Both the position numbers and the translations under genes were made by a program. A stretch of DNA of 64,000 nucleotides from a virus. Lineage: Duplodnaviria > Caudoviricetes. The DNA lies in the IMG/VR virus record IMGVR_UViG_3300032302_000065; one strand, given 5' to 3'. Position 1 is the first letter of the stretch, and every line of letters begins with the position of its first letter. Below, one piece after another: positions 56,765-64,000 of this stretch. Below the pieces are notes generated by a model. The model saw only the letters and a list, made by a program, of their open reading frames with translations. It was not told the origin of the DNA and did no database searches.

Positions 56765-57030
56765 TGGTGACAGGTTATTCTGTTACGAGGAAACCTGTCG
56801 AAACCCTAGTCAGCGTTTAGGCTGCCAATGCGAACTGTGAGTCGTTTGCGTTTACTTTTTTTTAGTTTTAACATCTACTCTGATGTGCTGTCCACTCTGG
56901 TACTCTTTGCCCTGTCGAAACTATGCACCCCCATCAAAAACACACTTCATGGATGGAATGTGTTTTTGGTGGAGGTGGGGGGATTCGCACCCCCGTCCAG
57001 AACCTTTTTCTCTTTGCTTCATACAGCAAT
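56765..57030 (-). ncRNA. ssrA: Circularly permuted (two-piece) tmRNA; 5' boundary of the acceptor piece uncertain, may extend to ~57150
   Basis: Acceptor piece with T-arm GGGGG-TGCGAAT-CCCCC and CACCTCC-A-CCA ending at 56967 precedes a coding piece starting GGGGGTG at 56932; 7-bp acceptor stem with G3.U; tag ORF 56849-56817 = ANDSQFALAA*. Confidence 0.93.
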
Positions 57031-57170
57031 ATCAATCATAAGGTGGCCAACCAGTGTCCGCCTTACTATCTTCTTCAAAATTATTCCAATCGTAGGTTGC
57101 AACTTTGTAAATCCAAAATGCATGTAGTCCTACAACAAGAATTAATAAAATTATATCACTATTTATCATG

Positions 57171-57839
57171 TTAGTCAATCAGTACGGCATCATATGCTTC
57201 ACGGTAAGAAATAAAATCTTTGATATAGTCGTTGCGTTTCTTAATGAACACTTGTGGATGTTCAGAGTCAACAGCAATCATAATTACAATTTGTGATACT
57301 GGTATACCAGTTCGTTCTTCATACATGACTGCGTATGCAGAGCATTGCATAAAGTATCCTTTAATCCAACTCTCTTCTTTTAACTTACTTGAAGTCTTGA
57401 AGTCAATGATAGATAACTTACCATCATATTCTGCAATACAGTCAACTCTACCAGCAACTTTTAAATGATGAGAATACAAAGGAATCTCTAGCGCATGAAT
57501 GTTATTTACATGTTCATCTAATAGAGGTTGTAAAGACTTGAACATAGCAACAGAATCTGGCATCGTCTTACGTGCATAGTCTTCTTCATTGTTCAAATAA
57601 TTTTCGCAAATCTTATGTACTCTAGTGCCACGGCTGGATGCTTTAGTGGAGATACGATTGGCTTCTTCTTCACCGACACGTTTTCGCCATTCTATGATTT
57701 TATCTTTACCATGCTGAGATGTGATAGTAGTCACGGAAGGATATAGATTGCCTTCAGGCGTCTTGTAAAAACGCTTGCCGTTTATTGTTTCGGTTTCTAG
57801 GTCATAATCAATATCACAACCAACATGTTTAAAGTTCAT
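57171..57839 (-). CDS. PD-(D/E)XK exonuclease (T4-like phage family)
   Basis: YPSVTT, RGTRVH, AGRVDCIAEYDG..IIDFKTS, Q..AYA. Confidence 0.88.
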   Translation of the reverse strand: MNFKHVGCDIDYDLETETINGKRFYKTPEGNLYPSVTTITSQHGKDKIIEWRKRVGEEEANRISTKASSRGTRVHKICENYLNNEEDYARKTMPDSVAMFKSLQPLLDEHVNNIHALEIPLYSHHLKVAGRVDCIAEYDGKLSIIDFKTSSKLKEESWIKGYFMQCSAYAVMYEERTGIPVSQIVIMIAVDSEHPQVFIKKRNDYIKDFISYREAYDAVLID

Positions 57840-57841
57840 TT

Positions 57842-58615
57842 TTATAGTACCATAAAGTATAGATTAAAGTATTTATCTCCGTTGCTTTCAACCCCACCAG
57901 AAAAATGTATTAAAGGAAGTCTTGCCAAGTCTCGTAGTTTAACACGAATGTCAATATCTGTCAATAGTATAACGTCATCGGAAATATCTTTTAGATATGT
58001 ATTCTTTAATTCAATCTCAAATCCTCGCTTATCAGTATTTTCATCTTTTACCGAATACAATTGGCTAATTCTTTCTTGTGTTATGAATTTTGGATACAAC
58101 CCAAAGCCACTTGAGTCTATGAGAGATTTATACTTGTCTTTAGATTTTATTGATTGATATCGTGTAACTGCACACTTAGATTCGGTCCATTTGAATCCAT
58201 ATCCAAAACCTTTTGTAACAGTTTCACAATATACTTTATACTTAGCAACATTGGTATTGGCTTCAATTGCAAAAATAATAAAATCGCATGTAGAAAATTC
58301 ACTCAACAGCATGTCGATATATTTTTCGGGGAAGTTATATTTCTTAACAATTTTTAATACGCTGTTAAAATTCGTAAACTTCTCTTTTCTACAAACCACA
58401 ATAATACGATCCCTGTTAAAATTACTTTTAGTAATTTTAACGGAATGATGTATTTTCATTTTGTGATCTAGCCAAAATTCACTTTGAAAATTTTCTAAAA
58501 ATTCTATTACATATTGATTATCAGTACGAATTGAATCCAAAGCGATATACTTTGGATCCAATGAACGAATATCTATGTTTGCTAGACTAACTTGTTGCGG
58601 TAACTCCATCTTCAT
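57842..58615 (-). CDS. Hypothetical protein
   Basis: 257-aa ORF filling the PhoH-exonuclease gap; no recognised motif. Confidence 0.65.
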   Translation of the reverse strand: MKMELPQQVSLANIDIRSLDPKYIALDSIRTDNQYVIEFLENFQSEFWLDHKMKIHHSVKITKSNFNRDRIIVVCRKEKFTNFNSVLKIVKKYNFPEKYIDMLLSEFSTCDFIIFAIEANTNVAKYKVYCETVTKGFGYGFKWTESKCAVTRYQSIKSKDKYKSLIDSSGFGLYPKFITQERISQLYSVKDENTDKRGFEIELKNTYLKDISDDVILLTDIDIRVKLRDLARLPLIHFSGGVESNGDKYFNLYFMVL

Positions 58616-59363
58616 ATTGTAATTTCGCTAAAATATAATCTTTCACTAGAGAAGAACGAACGATATCATCAACAGTAAATTCAATCTTTGTGAATGCATT
58701 CATGTGATGTGCAATGTCAAAGAATTTAAGAATTCCTGATACATCATTTTTCTTTTTATTCAAGTCTGTTTGTCTATAGTCGCCGCACCAAATAATTTTA
58801 GAGCGATAACCAACCCGTGTCATAACAGTATCAATCTCTTCATACGTCATGTTTTGCATTTCATCAACAATAATGATAGCATCATCAAATGACATACCAC
58901 GAATGAATGATGTTGAAATGAATTCAATATGTCCTTGCTCTTCTAATCTATCCCATGCGTCTTTGCGACCAAATAGTGTTTCGCAGATTTGTCGATATGG
59001 TTGTTGATAGATTTCCATCTTCTCATTTACGTCACCTGGCAAATGTCCAATCTCTCTTGATTGAACAGCAGAACGTACTACGATGATTTTATTAAATGGA
59101 TTTGCTTTATCCATTACTTCTTCAATTGCTTTATACAATGCACAGAATGTTTTACCTGTACCTGCTACGCCATGAAGTGCTACGAAATAGTCTCCACGTT
59201 TATATGCATCGAAAAAAAGTTTTTGATTTTCTGTTAAAGGGTCAAAAGTTTTTAAATCATCTAGTCTGATTCTGAGTGTATTATTGACGGTTTTGTTTCT
59301 AGGAGTCGATTGAAGTTCTGGTTCGGTATTTGCTGATTTAGGTACAGCAGGTTTTCTTGCCAT
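58587..59363 (-). CDS. phoH: PhoH-like ATPase
   Basis: GVAGTGKT, IGHLPG, FIRGMSFD..IIVDEMQN, GDYRQTDL, DIVRS. Confidence 0.95.
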   Translation of the reverse strand: MARKPAVPKSANTEPELQSTPRNKTVNNTLRIRLDDLKTFDPLTENQKLFFDAYKRGDYFVALHGVAGTGKTFCALYKAIEEVMDKANPFNKIIVVRSAVQSREIGHLPGDVNEKMEIYQQPYRQICETLFGRKDAWDRLEEQGHIEFISTSFIRGMSFDDAIIIVDEMQNMTYEEIDTVMTRVGYRSKIIWCGDYRQTDLNKKKNDVSGILKFFDIAHHMNAFTKIEFTVDDIVRSSLVKDYILAKLQYEDGVTATS

Positions 59364-59404
59364 GGGAGTCCTTTTACTTGTTGTAGTATGGTGTATCCCC
59401 ATTA

Positions 59405-59641
59405 TTAGAAAGTGTTAACATTACCTCTAGGGTGAGCCTCTTTAGCTTTTGCAAGGACTTCTCTAAATCCATTGTCTGGCTTTCTGAGACCCAATCTAAT
59501 AGGATCACCTAATGATGGGGCGCCTAGCATAACAGATTCATATTGAGGATTATGTTCTAAGAATTCCTCTTTATCAGCAATTTTAAAAAGTTTTTCAATT
59601 ATCTCGCCAGTTTCACGATGGCGAAAGTTGTAAGTTGGCAT
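59405..59641 (-). CDS. FmdB-like small protein
   Basis: MPTYNF...TGEI.E N-terminus; usual position upstream of phoH in T4-like phages. Confidence 0.6.
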   Translation of the reverse strand: MPTYNFRHRETGEIIEKLFKIADKEEFLEHNPQYESVMLGAPSLGDPIRLGLRKPDNGFREVLAKAKEAHPRGNVNTF

Positions 59642-60188
59642 TGTTTACTCCGTGTGAGAACCACTCTGGTGTTTCCCTGTTTTTCCAATTAGCGAATCTC
59701 GCCTTATCATGTATATAGTAATTCTGATACGAGCGAATAGAATCATTCGTCACTTTATATATGTCTGGCATTGCAGGCGTGGGTTCGGTGAATGGAACAT
59801 CAGCAATGTTCTCTGGAGGCATACAAAGATACTTTGCATATTTTTCACATGCATGATGCTTGCCGTATCGATGTGTATACTCAGTCATCAAGTGAGTCCA
59901 CATCTGATACAGCCACATATAGTTTTGTTTGCTTGCACGAACCCATATGTTTGACGGATGATTAACATGTGATGCTTTCATCAAGCCGTATTCAATGATT
60001 TCGTTTTTCATGCGCCAACGTTGAATGTTACGATTGTTCGCAGTCTTATCTATGAATTTGTCGCCATCAAGAACACGGTGTGCGGTAGACATGAGTTGTG
60101 CATACTCAATAATCATTTTTACAACGTGTTTGTCTAAGTGCATTTCTGCACAGACTTTTGGTTCGTGATTCAAATAAAAAATGTTCAA
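59613..60188 (-). CDS. Pyrimidine-dimer DNA glycosylase / endonuclease V-like family protein
   Basis: MNIFYL...DKHVVKMI.EYAQL.STAH, H.NHPS..W, EY..RYGK.H, AMPD. Confidence 0.7.
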   Translation of the reverse strand: MNIFYLNHEPKVCAEMHLDKHVVKMIIEYAQLMSTAHRVLDGDKFIDKTANNRNIQRWRMKNEIIEYGLMKASHVNHPSNIWVRASKQNYMWLYQMWTHLMTEYTHRYGKHHACEKYAKYLCMPPENIADVPFTEPTPAMPDIYKVTNDSIRSYQNYYIHDKARFANWKNRETPEWFSHGVNNANLQLSPS

Positions 60189-60625
60189 TCTAGTCTCTCC
60201 ACAAGTGTTTGTTCGCCCAATTCTTTTCCAAACGACATGTTATCATAGTATACACGAACAAGCCCCTTACGTGCAAGTGAAACACAGGTAACACATGCAC
60301 CAAAGTAATTAACGTTCTCGGTAATATCTTCGATGCATTGGCTTGGCACACCTTCGGCACGGGATAACATTTCTGTCATCAATATAACATCTTCCATACC
60401 ATCATTAAATTCGCTATCACCCTCATCAATAATTTCCATTAATGTTTGCAGGTTCTCATCAGACAATTTTTTAAAGAATTTACCTAATGATATGTATGGA
60501 TTACGCATCAACATCTTTGCAACAGATTTTGTAACTGGCAAAAGTTTATCTGATTCAATAATCTTTTCCATGCAAGGATGTGAATTCTCAAAGTCGATAG
60601 GGTTTTTATTTATAAGTTTACTCAT
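60185..60625 (-). CDS. Hypothetical protein
   Basis: 146-aa ORF tightly packed in the operon. Confidence 0.7.
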   Translation of the reverse strand: MSKLINKNPIDFENSHPCMEKIIESDKLLPVTKSVAKMLMRNPYISLGKFFKKLSDENLQTLMEIIDEGDSEFNDGMEDVILMTEMLSRAEGVPSQCIEDITENVNYFGACVTCVSLARKGLVRVYYDNMSFGKELGEQTLVERLD

Positions 60626-60626
60626 A

Positions 60627-61544
60627 TCAAATCTCCACGTATTTTAGTTTAAAGTTATCAGCACGGTCTTCGTGATTGATATAGCCACGTGGATTACAAA
60701 CAACTCTAGTAGTACCAATCATGTAATCAAAGTCTTCATGTGTGTGTCCATGAGTCCACAATTTGATTTGTGGGTTGTCAAGAATGAATTGATCCAAACG
60801 GCTACTGTATGCGCCATTCATAATCACTTCATCTTTATATCGTGGATGAGTAGATGCCTTGCTAGGTGCATGATGCCCAACAACAACATACTTGTTTGTA
60901 TTCTTACCAAGCATATCAGTAGTCACTTGAATGTATTCTAACATTTTCTTGTGATCTTGTACAGTATCTTCTGGTGTGAACCTAGCAGGACGCTTATGAA
61001 ATTCTGCTTTCTGAATTGCATGTCCATTTTCATCCAGTTTAACATTACCATCAGCATCGTATGCATTGACCATTGTCTTGTACGATACCATTTCGGTGCT
61101 GTTTTCGATAATGCGAAAATCATTCATCACACCACGAATGTGTGAAAGAGTAACAGGGTCTTGTGCATTCATGTCGGTCCACAATGTGCCACCAATGAAC
61201 GTTACATCACCAAGTGTGACATGCTCTTTGTCAAGAATGTGCAAATTTGAAATGTGTCCAAGAAAGTTTCGTAGAATCGTAAACGTTTCTGCATAGTCGC
61301 CATTATAGTGTTCGTGATTTCCTGCAACGTAAATTACTGAAGGAAATTGAAAAGCACAACGGCTAAAGAAATCGATGTAGCGTTCGCTTTTACCTTTCCC
61401 TACAATCCCATATGGATCAGACTTACGAAAGTCAGCCGCAACGCAGATATCGCCAGACAGTATTAATACGTCAGCGTTTTCTTCGTTCTTTAAAATCAGA
61501 TCACCAAACTCTAGGTGAACATCGGAAGCAATAGCAATTTTCAT
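60627..61544 (-). CDS. Calcineurin-like metallophosphoesterase
   Basis: SDVHLE, LSGDI, AGNHEHY, GHHAP, HGHTH. Confidence 0.9.
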   Translation of the reverse strand: MKIAIASDVHLEFGDLILKNEENADVLILSGDICVAADFRKSDPYGIVGKGKSERYIDFFSRCAFQFPSVIYVAGNHEHYNGDYAETFTILRNFLGHISNLHILDKEHVTLGDVTFIGGTLWTDMNAQDPVTLSHIRGVMNDFRIIENSTEMVSYKTMVNAYDADGNVKLDENGHAIQKAEFHKRPARFTPEDTVQDHKKMLEYIQVTTDMLGKNTNKYVVVGHHAPSKASTHPRYKDEVIMNGAYSSRLDQFILDNPQIKLWTHGHTHEDFDYMIGTTRVVCNPRGYINHEDRADNFKLKYVEI

Positions 61545-62029
61545 TGTAGTAGTCTTTTCAGAGTTTTAATAGTTACATTAACATCGTTATGCAGTACAGT
61601 AATACCGCCAGCGTTTCCAAATGATTCAATTACATCTGGAGTATCATCCACCAATATGGTTGTGGATGTTGCGTATTCGGCTTTCAATTTGCGCCCAGGC
61701 ACAGTATTTATTTTATATTCAATTCCCCGTTCACAAAGCCATTGCGTCTTTTGGATTGTCACTTCCGCATGATACTTTTGTCCGCCGCTAGAAGTCAGCA
61801 TTTCAATAGGAATATCACGAATGGTTCTTACGTATGCAAGTAATTCTTCTCCACCTTCGTACCAATCTAATGTTGCAAAACTTTCGGCTTCAATAAATTT
61901 AGTCCAGTTAGGAGAAAATTGTTTTCGATCCCGTGATTCACCCGCAGTCTCGCCGAACAATTCATAATAGCGTCTATTGAAATCACAAAAAACGCCATCC
62001 ATGTCCAGATAAATTTTAGTTATAGCCAT
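61541..62029 (-). CDS. HAD-family 5'(3')-deoxyribonucleotidase-like protein
   Basis: LDMDGVFCDF, LTS, K..W, ILVDD. Confidence 0.85.
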   Translation of the reverse strand: MAITKIYLDMDGVFCDFNRRYYELFGETAGESRDRKQFSPNWTKFIEAESFATLDWYEGGEELLAYVRTIRDIPIEMLTSSGGQKYHAEVTIQKTQWLCERGIEYKINTVPGRKLKAEYATSTTILVDDTPDVIESFGNAGGITVLHNDVNVTIKTLKRLLQ

Positions 62030-62142
62030 AAAATAAGTCCAATCATTATTGCAAAAAGTAAATATTCCATAAGAGTGAAGTTTATCATTAGTTTATAAAA
62101 CCAAGGATACTGCATCAATCTATCATATATGGAAAGTTTCAT
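62020..62142 (-). CDS. 40-aa predicted membrane protein (not in the ORF track)
   Basis: MKLSIYDRLMQYPWFYKLMINFTLMEYLLFAIMIGLILWL; ATGA overlap with the upstream stop. Confidence 0.55.
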   Translation of the reverse strand: MKLSIYDRLMQYPWFYKLMINFTLMEYLLFAIMIGLILWL

Positions 62143-62297
62143 TCTGACATTCTCGCAATTAAATTTTGTAAAACAGGTTCTATTTCAAAAACGGGAACGC
62201 TTGACATATACTGAACATAATTAATAACGTCAGTACCAGTCAAGCCTAAGTCCCATGCTTCAAGGATGTAACGTTCTATTAAGTCACGATCATCCAT
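62139..62297 (-). CDS. Small hypothetical protein
   Basis: MDDRDLIERY..., GGAG RBS upstream of ATG 62297. Confidence 0.6.
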   Translation of the reverse strand: MDDRDLIERYILEAWDLGLTGTDVINYVQYMSSVPVFEIEPVLQNLIARMSE

Positions 62298-62313
62298 ATC
62301 ACTCCAATCATTA

Positions 62314-62787
62314 TCATGTTCGAATATATGCTTCAGCGAATGCACGGTCTTCGTAATCCGCAACGTCTGTATCAATCTCATCAAGCAGATTAACAGGTTT
62401 CTTTGCAGAAGACTTTGCCATTGCATTCATAATTCCATCAAGGGAATCACCAGCAGGAACAGGCGTAGGAGTAACTTTCTTTGCTTTTGCAACAACAGGC
62501 TTAGCCGCTTTGACAACAGGTGCTTTAGCAGGTTTAACAGCCTTCACTTTAGCAGGCTTTGCAACAGGTGCAGTACCAGCGCCAACGAGTTCATAACTCA
62601 CAACTGTGCGACCATCACGATTGGCACGAACAGCAAAGCCCGTGTTTTTCTTGATTTCCCACAAGTAAGTGGAGAGGCGAGTGGCAACGATACCATCAAT
62701 TGCACGAATGGTGCTAACCGGAACGGGAGCCTTAGCGTTTTGCAAAACTTCAAAAATCTTTGTGTATTGTTGAACAGATTTAGTCAT
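62314..62787 (-). CDS. Early protein with putative winged-helix N-domain and Lys/Ala/Pro-rich tail
   Basis: Helical N-domain ending in a YEL strand; AKPAKVKAVKPAKAP linker; own sigma70 promoter. Confidence 0.6.
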   Translation of the reverse strand: MTKSVQQYTKIFEVLQNAKAPVPVSTIRAIDGIVATRLSTYLWEIKKNTGFAVRANRDGRTVVSYELVGAGTAPVAKPAKVKAVKPAKAPVVKAAKPVVAKAKKVTPTPVPAGDSLDGIMNAMAKSSAKKPVNLLDEIDTDVADYEDRAFAEAYIRT

Positions 62788-62823
62788 AATAAATTTCCTT
62801 AAAAAGAGTTAACTAAGAGATAC

Positions 62824-62852
62824 ATGGTAACACACCATGTGGTGTTTGTCAA
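62824..62852 (-). promoter_or_regulatory. Sigma70-type early promoter
   Basis: TTGACA-17nt-TACCAT. Confidence 0.7.
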
Positions 62853-63262
62853 GCGGTAACAACAAAAGGTTTGTCCCACTTGCCAACATTGATATGAGCA
62901 TAGTAAGCGGTGTCGAAATAATCCGTTTGTGCATCACTATTGTCATAATAATCACCAGAATACATTGCAGTAACGATTTTGGTCATTAGTTCTTTTGCCT
63001 TACCAGAATAGTGGTTCTGATAATGGTAGGGATTCACTTGGTCATAGCCAGTGTCATTGGGGCGGAAGCCACGGGATACTTGATAGAAGTCAGCGGCACA
63101 AGTTTCGTTAGAGTTAGCAATAAAATCAACAGGCGCAGATTTGATCGTGCATGTGATAGAGAGATTATCGCAACGCAAGGAATACTTAACGCCAGTGCCT
63201 TTAAGTGCGGCATCAAGGTTTGCTTTGATCTTCGCTTTGCGTTCTTGGTTCATATAAGCCAT
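62849..63262 (-). CDS. Conserved-looking early hypothetical protein
   Basis: MAYMNQERKAKI...DNSDAQTDYFDTAYY.HINVGKWDKPF; GGAG RBS. Confidence 0.75.
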   Translation of the reverse strand: MAYMNQERKAKIKANLDAALKGTGVKYSLRCDNLSITCTIKSAPVDFIANSNETCAADFYQVSRGFRPNDTGYDQVNPYHYQNHYSGKAKELMTKIVTAMYSGDYYDNSDAQTDYFDTAYYAHINVGKWDKPFVVTA

Positions 63263-63264
63263 GT

Positions 63265-63462
63265 TCAATTCACTCCATAATAAAAAGCATCAAGATCATA
63301 CGAATGAGATTCATACATCATCATATCGTGGTAAGCATTCATTGTATCAAGGAATGCTTGGTAAGTCAAGTCAATTTCCTCTTGTTGTTGGGTTAATGCA
63401 ACAACTTGAAGTTCAGCATTGATTAGGGCAATTACTTTAGAGTCCAATTCAAAGAGATTCAT
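63265..63462 (-). CDS. Small acidic hypothetical protein
   Basis: AAGGA RBS; first gene after an early promoter. Confidence 0.65.
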   Translation of the reverse strand: MNLFELDSKVIALINAELQVVALTQQQEEIDLTYQAFLDTMNAYHDMMMYESHSYDLDAFYYGVN

Positions 63463-63500
63463 AATTTAAAGTCCTTAATATCTTCACAACCAACACCCTC

Positions 63501-63529
63501 AGTATACCGCAAGTTCCATCGAATGTCAA
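63501..63529 (-). promoter_or_regulatory. Strong sigma70-type early promoter
   Basis: TTGACA-17nt-TATACT. Confidence 0.85.
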
Positions 63530-63544
63530 GCACTTTTTCGGCAA

Positions 63545-63562
63545 TGTTGCATAAAAACAACA
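63545..63562. promoter_or_regulatory. Palindromic operator-like site TGTTG-N8-CAACA
   Basis: Inverted repeat 15 nt upstream of the -35 box. Confidence 0.5.
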
Positions 63563-63605
63563 CAGATTTAGGCGGTTTTGAGCCGTTTTTTGCTATAGTT
63601 TGATG

Positions 63606-63923
63606 CTAGAGTACGTCCAAGCCGTCAGAGCCGCCCAAACGGCGGTCTAGGGCGTCAATATCAGCGCCTAAACGGCGGTGAAAAGAGTCCTCCCCGTCAT
63701 CCCCCGAAACCAGCCAGTCGATCCTCTGCACATAAATTTGTGCTAATAAAAGTGTCATATGAGCCAGTTTAAATTTTTCAATAGTTTCTGGCGAATAACC
63801 ATAACCTTTTATGTCTCCGTATTCGTTCACTTCCTCAGAATCATTGTCTAGAATAAGTTGTTCGATTTCATCCGCAATATATTCTAGTTGATATTGTTTG
63901 TATTGAAAATGTCCACCACTCAT
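63606..63923 (-). CDS. Hypothetical protein
   Basis: MSGGHFQY...RIDWLVSGDDGEDSF; AGGA RBS. Confidence 0.7.
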   Translation of the reverse strand: MSGGHFQYKQYQLEYIADEIEQLILDNDSEEVNEYGDIKGYGYSPETIEKFKLAHMTLLLAQIYVQRIDWLVSGDDGEDSFHRRLGADIDALDRRLGGSDGLDVL

Positions 63924-64000
63924 AATTATCTTCCTGTAATAAATCCCACAACAAAACCAAACGTTCGAATACACCAAACCTTGAAACGGAATCTTTTGTT

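Noticed and set aside
56967-57000. Stand-alone tRNA or attP-like tRNA fragment
   Set aside because: No D-arm or anticodon arm; it pairs with the downstream GGGGGTG segment and tag ORF as part of a permuted tmRNA
56828-57174. + strand ORFs of 99 and 83 aa
   Set aside because: Antisense shadows of the tmRNA locus
57171-57839. Cas4 or CRISPR-associated nuclease
   Set aside because: Lacks the four-Cys cluster pattern; matches the common T4-like phage exonuclease; no array or cas genes nearby
63620-63680. GC-rich short repeat (AAACGGCGGT twice) as a regulatory element
   Set aside because: Falls inside the 3' end of a coding region (RRLG twice); no independent support

Overview
A 64-kb AT-rich segment of a large T4-like (T4-superfamily) myophage genome. 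1-41.6 kb (- strand) is the late virion-morphogenesis arm: fibre and collagen-like genes, portal gp20, two tandem gp19 tail tubes, gp18, gp17, gp16, gp15, gp14, gp13, an accessory cassette (four tandem 231-aa adhesin-like paralogs, a 2OG-Fe(II) oxygenase and two DUF6065-like genes) behind a tail fibre, a 2042-aa baseplate/VrlC-like protein, gp8, gp7, gp6, gp25, a short gp5, a hub protein, gp53 and gp48. 41.7-50.6 kb (+ strand) holds gp4, gp2, gp54-like, gp26, gp51, a 3TM holin and a 1923-aa tape measure. 50.6-64 kb (- strand) holds gp32, gp59, gp33, a SleB-like hydrolase, a deoxysugar/glycosyltransferase-methyltransferase cluster, a tmRNA, an exonuclease, PhoH and small early genes with sigma70 promoters. 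Main highlights: (1) a circularly permuted two-piece tmRNA (tag ANDSQFALAA) missed by the ORF track; (2) the mosaic four-copy adhesin-like array with adjacent candidate modifying enzymes; (3) a candidate SD-stimulated -1 frameshift fusing gp26 to gp51; (4) the Rml-like sugar pathway; (5) a minimal gp5 with an antisense sigma70 promoter and two putative capsid-packaged proteins. All family assignments come from motif recognition and gene order by eye; no database searches were run.
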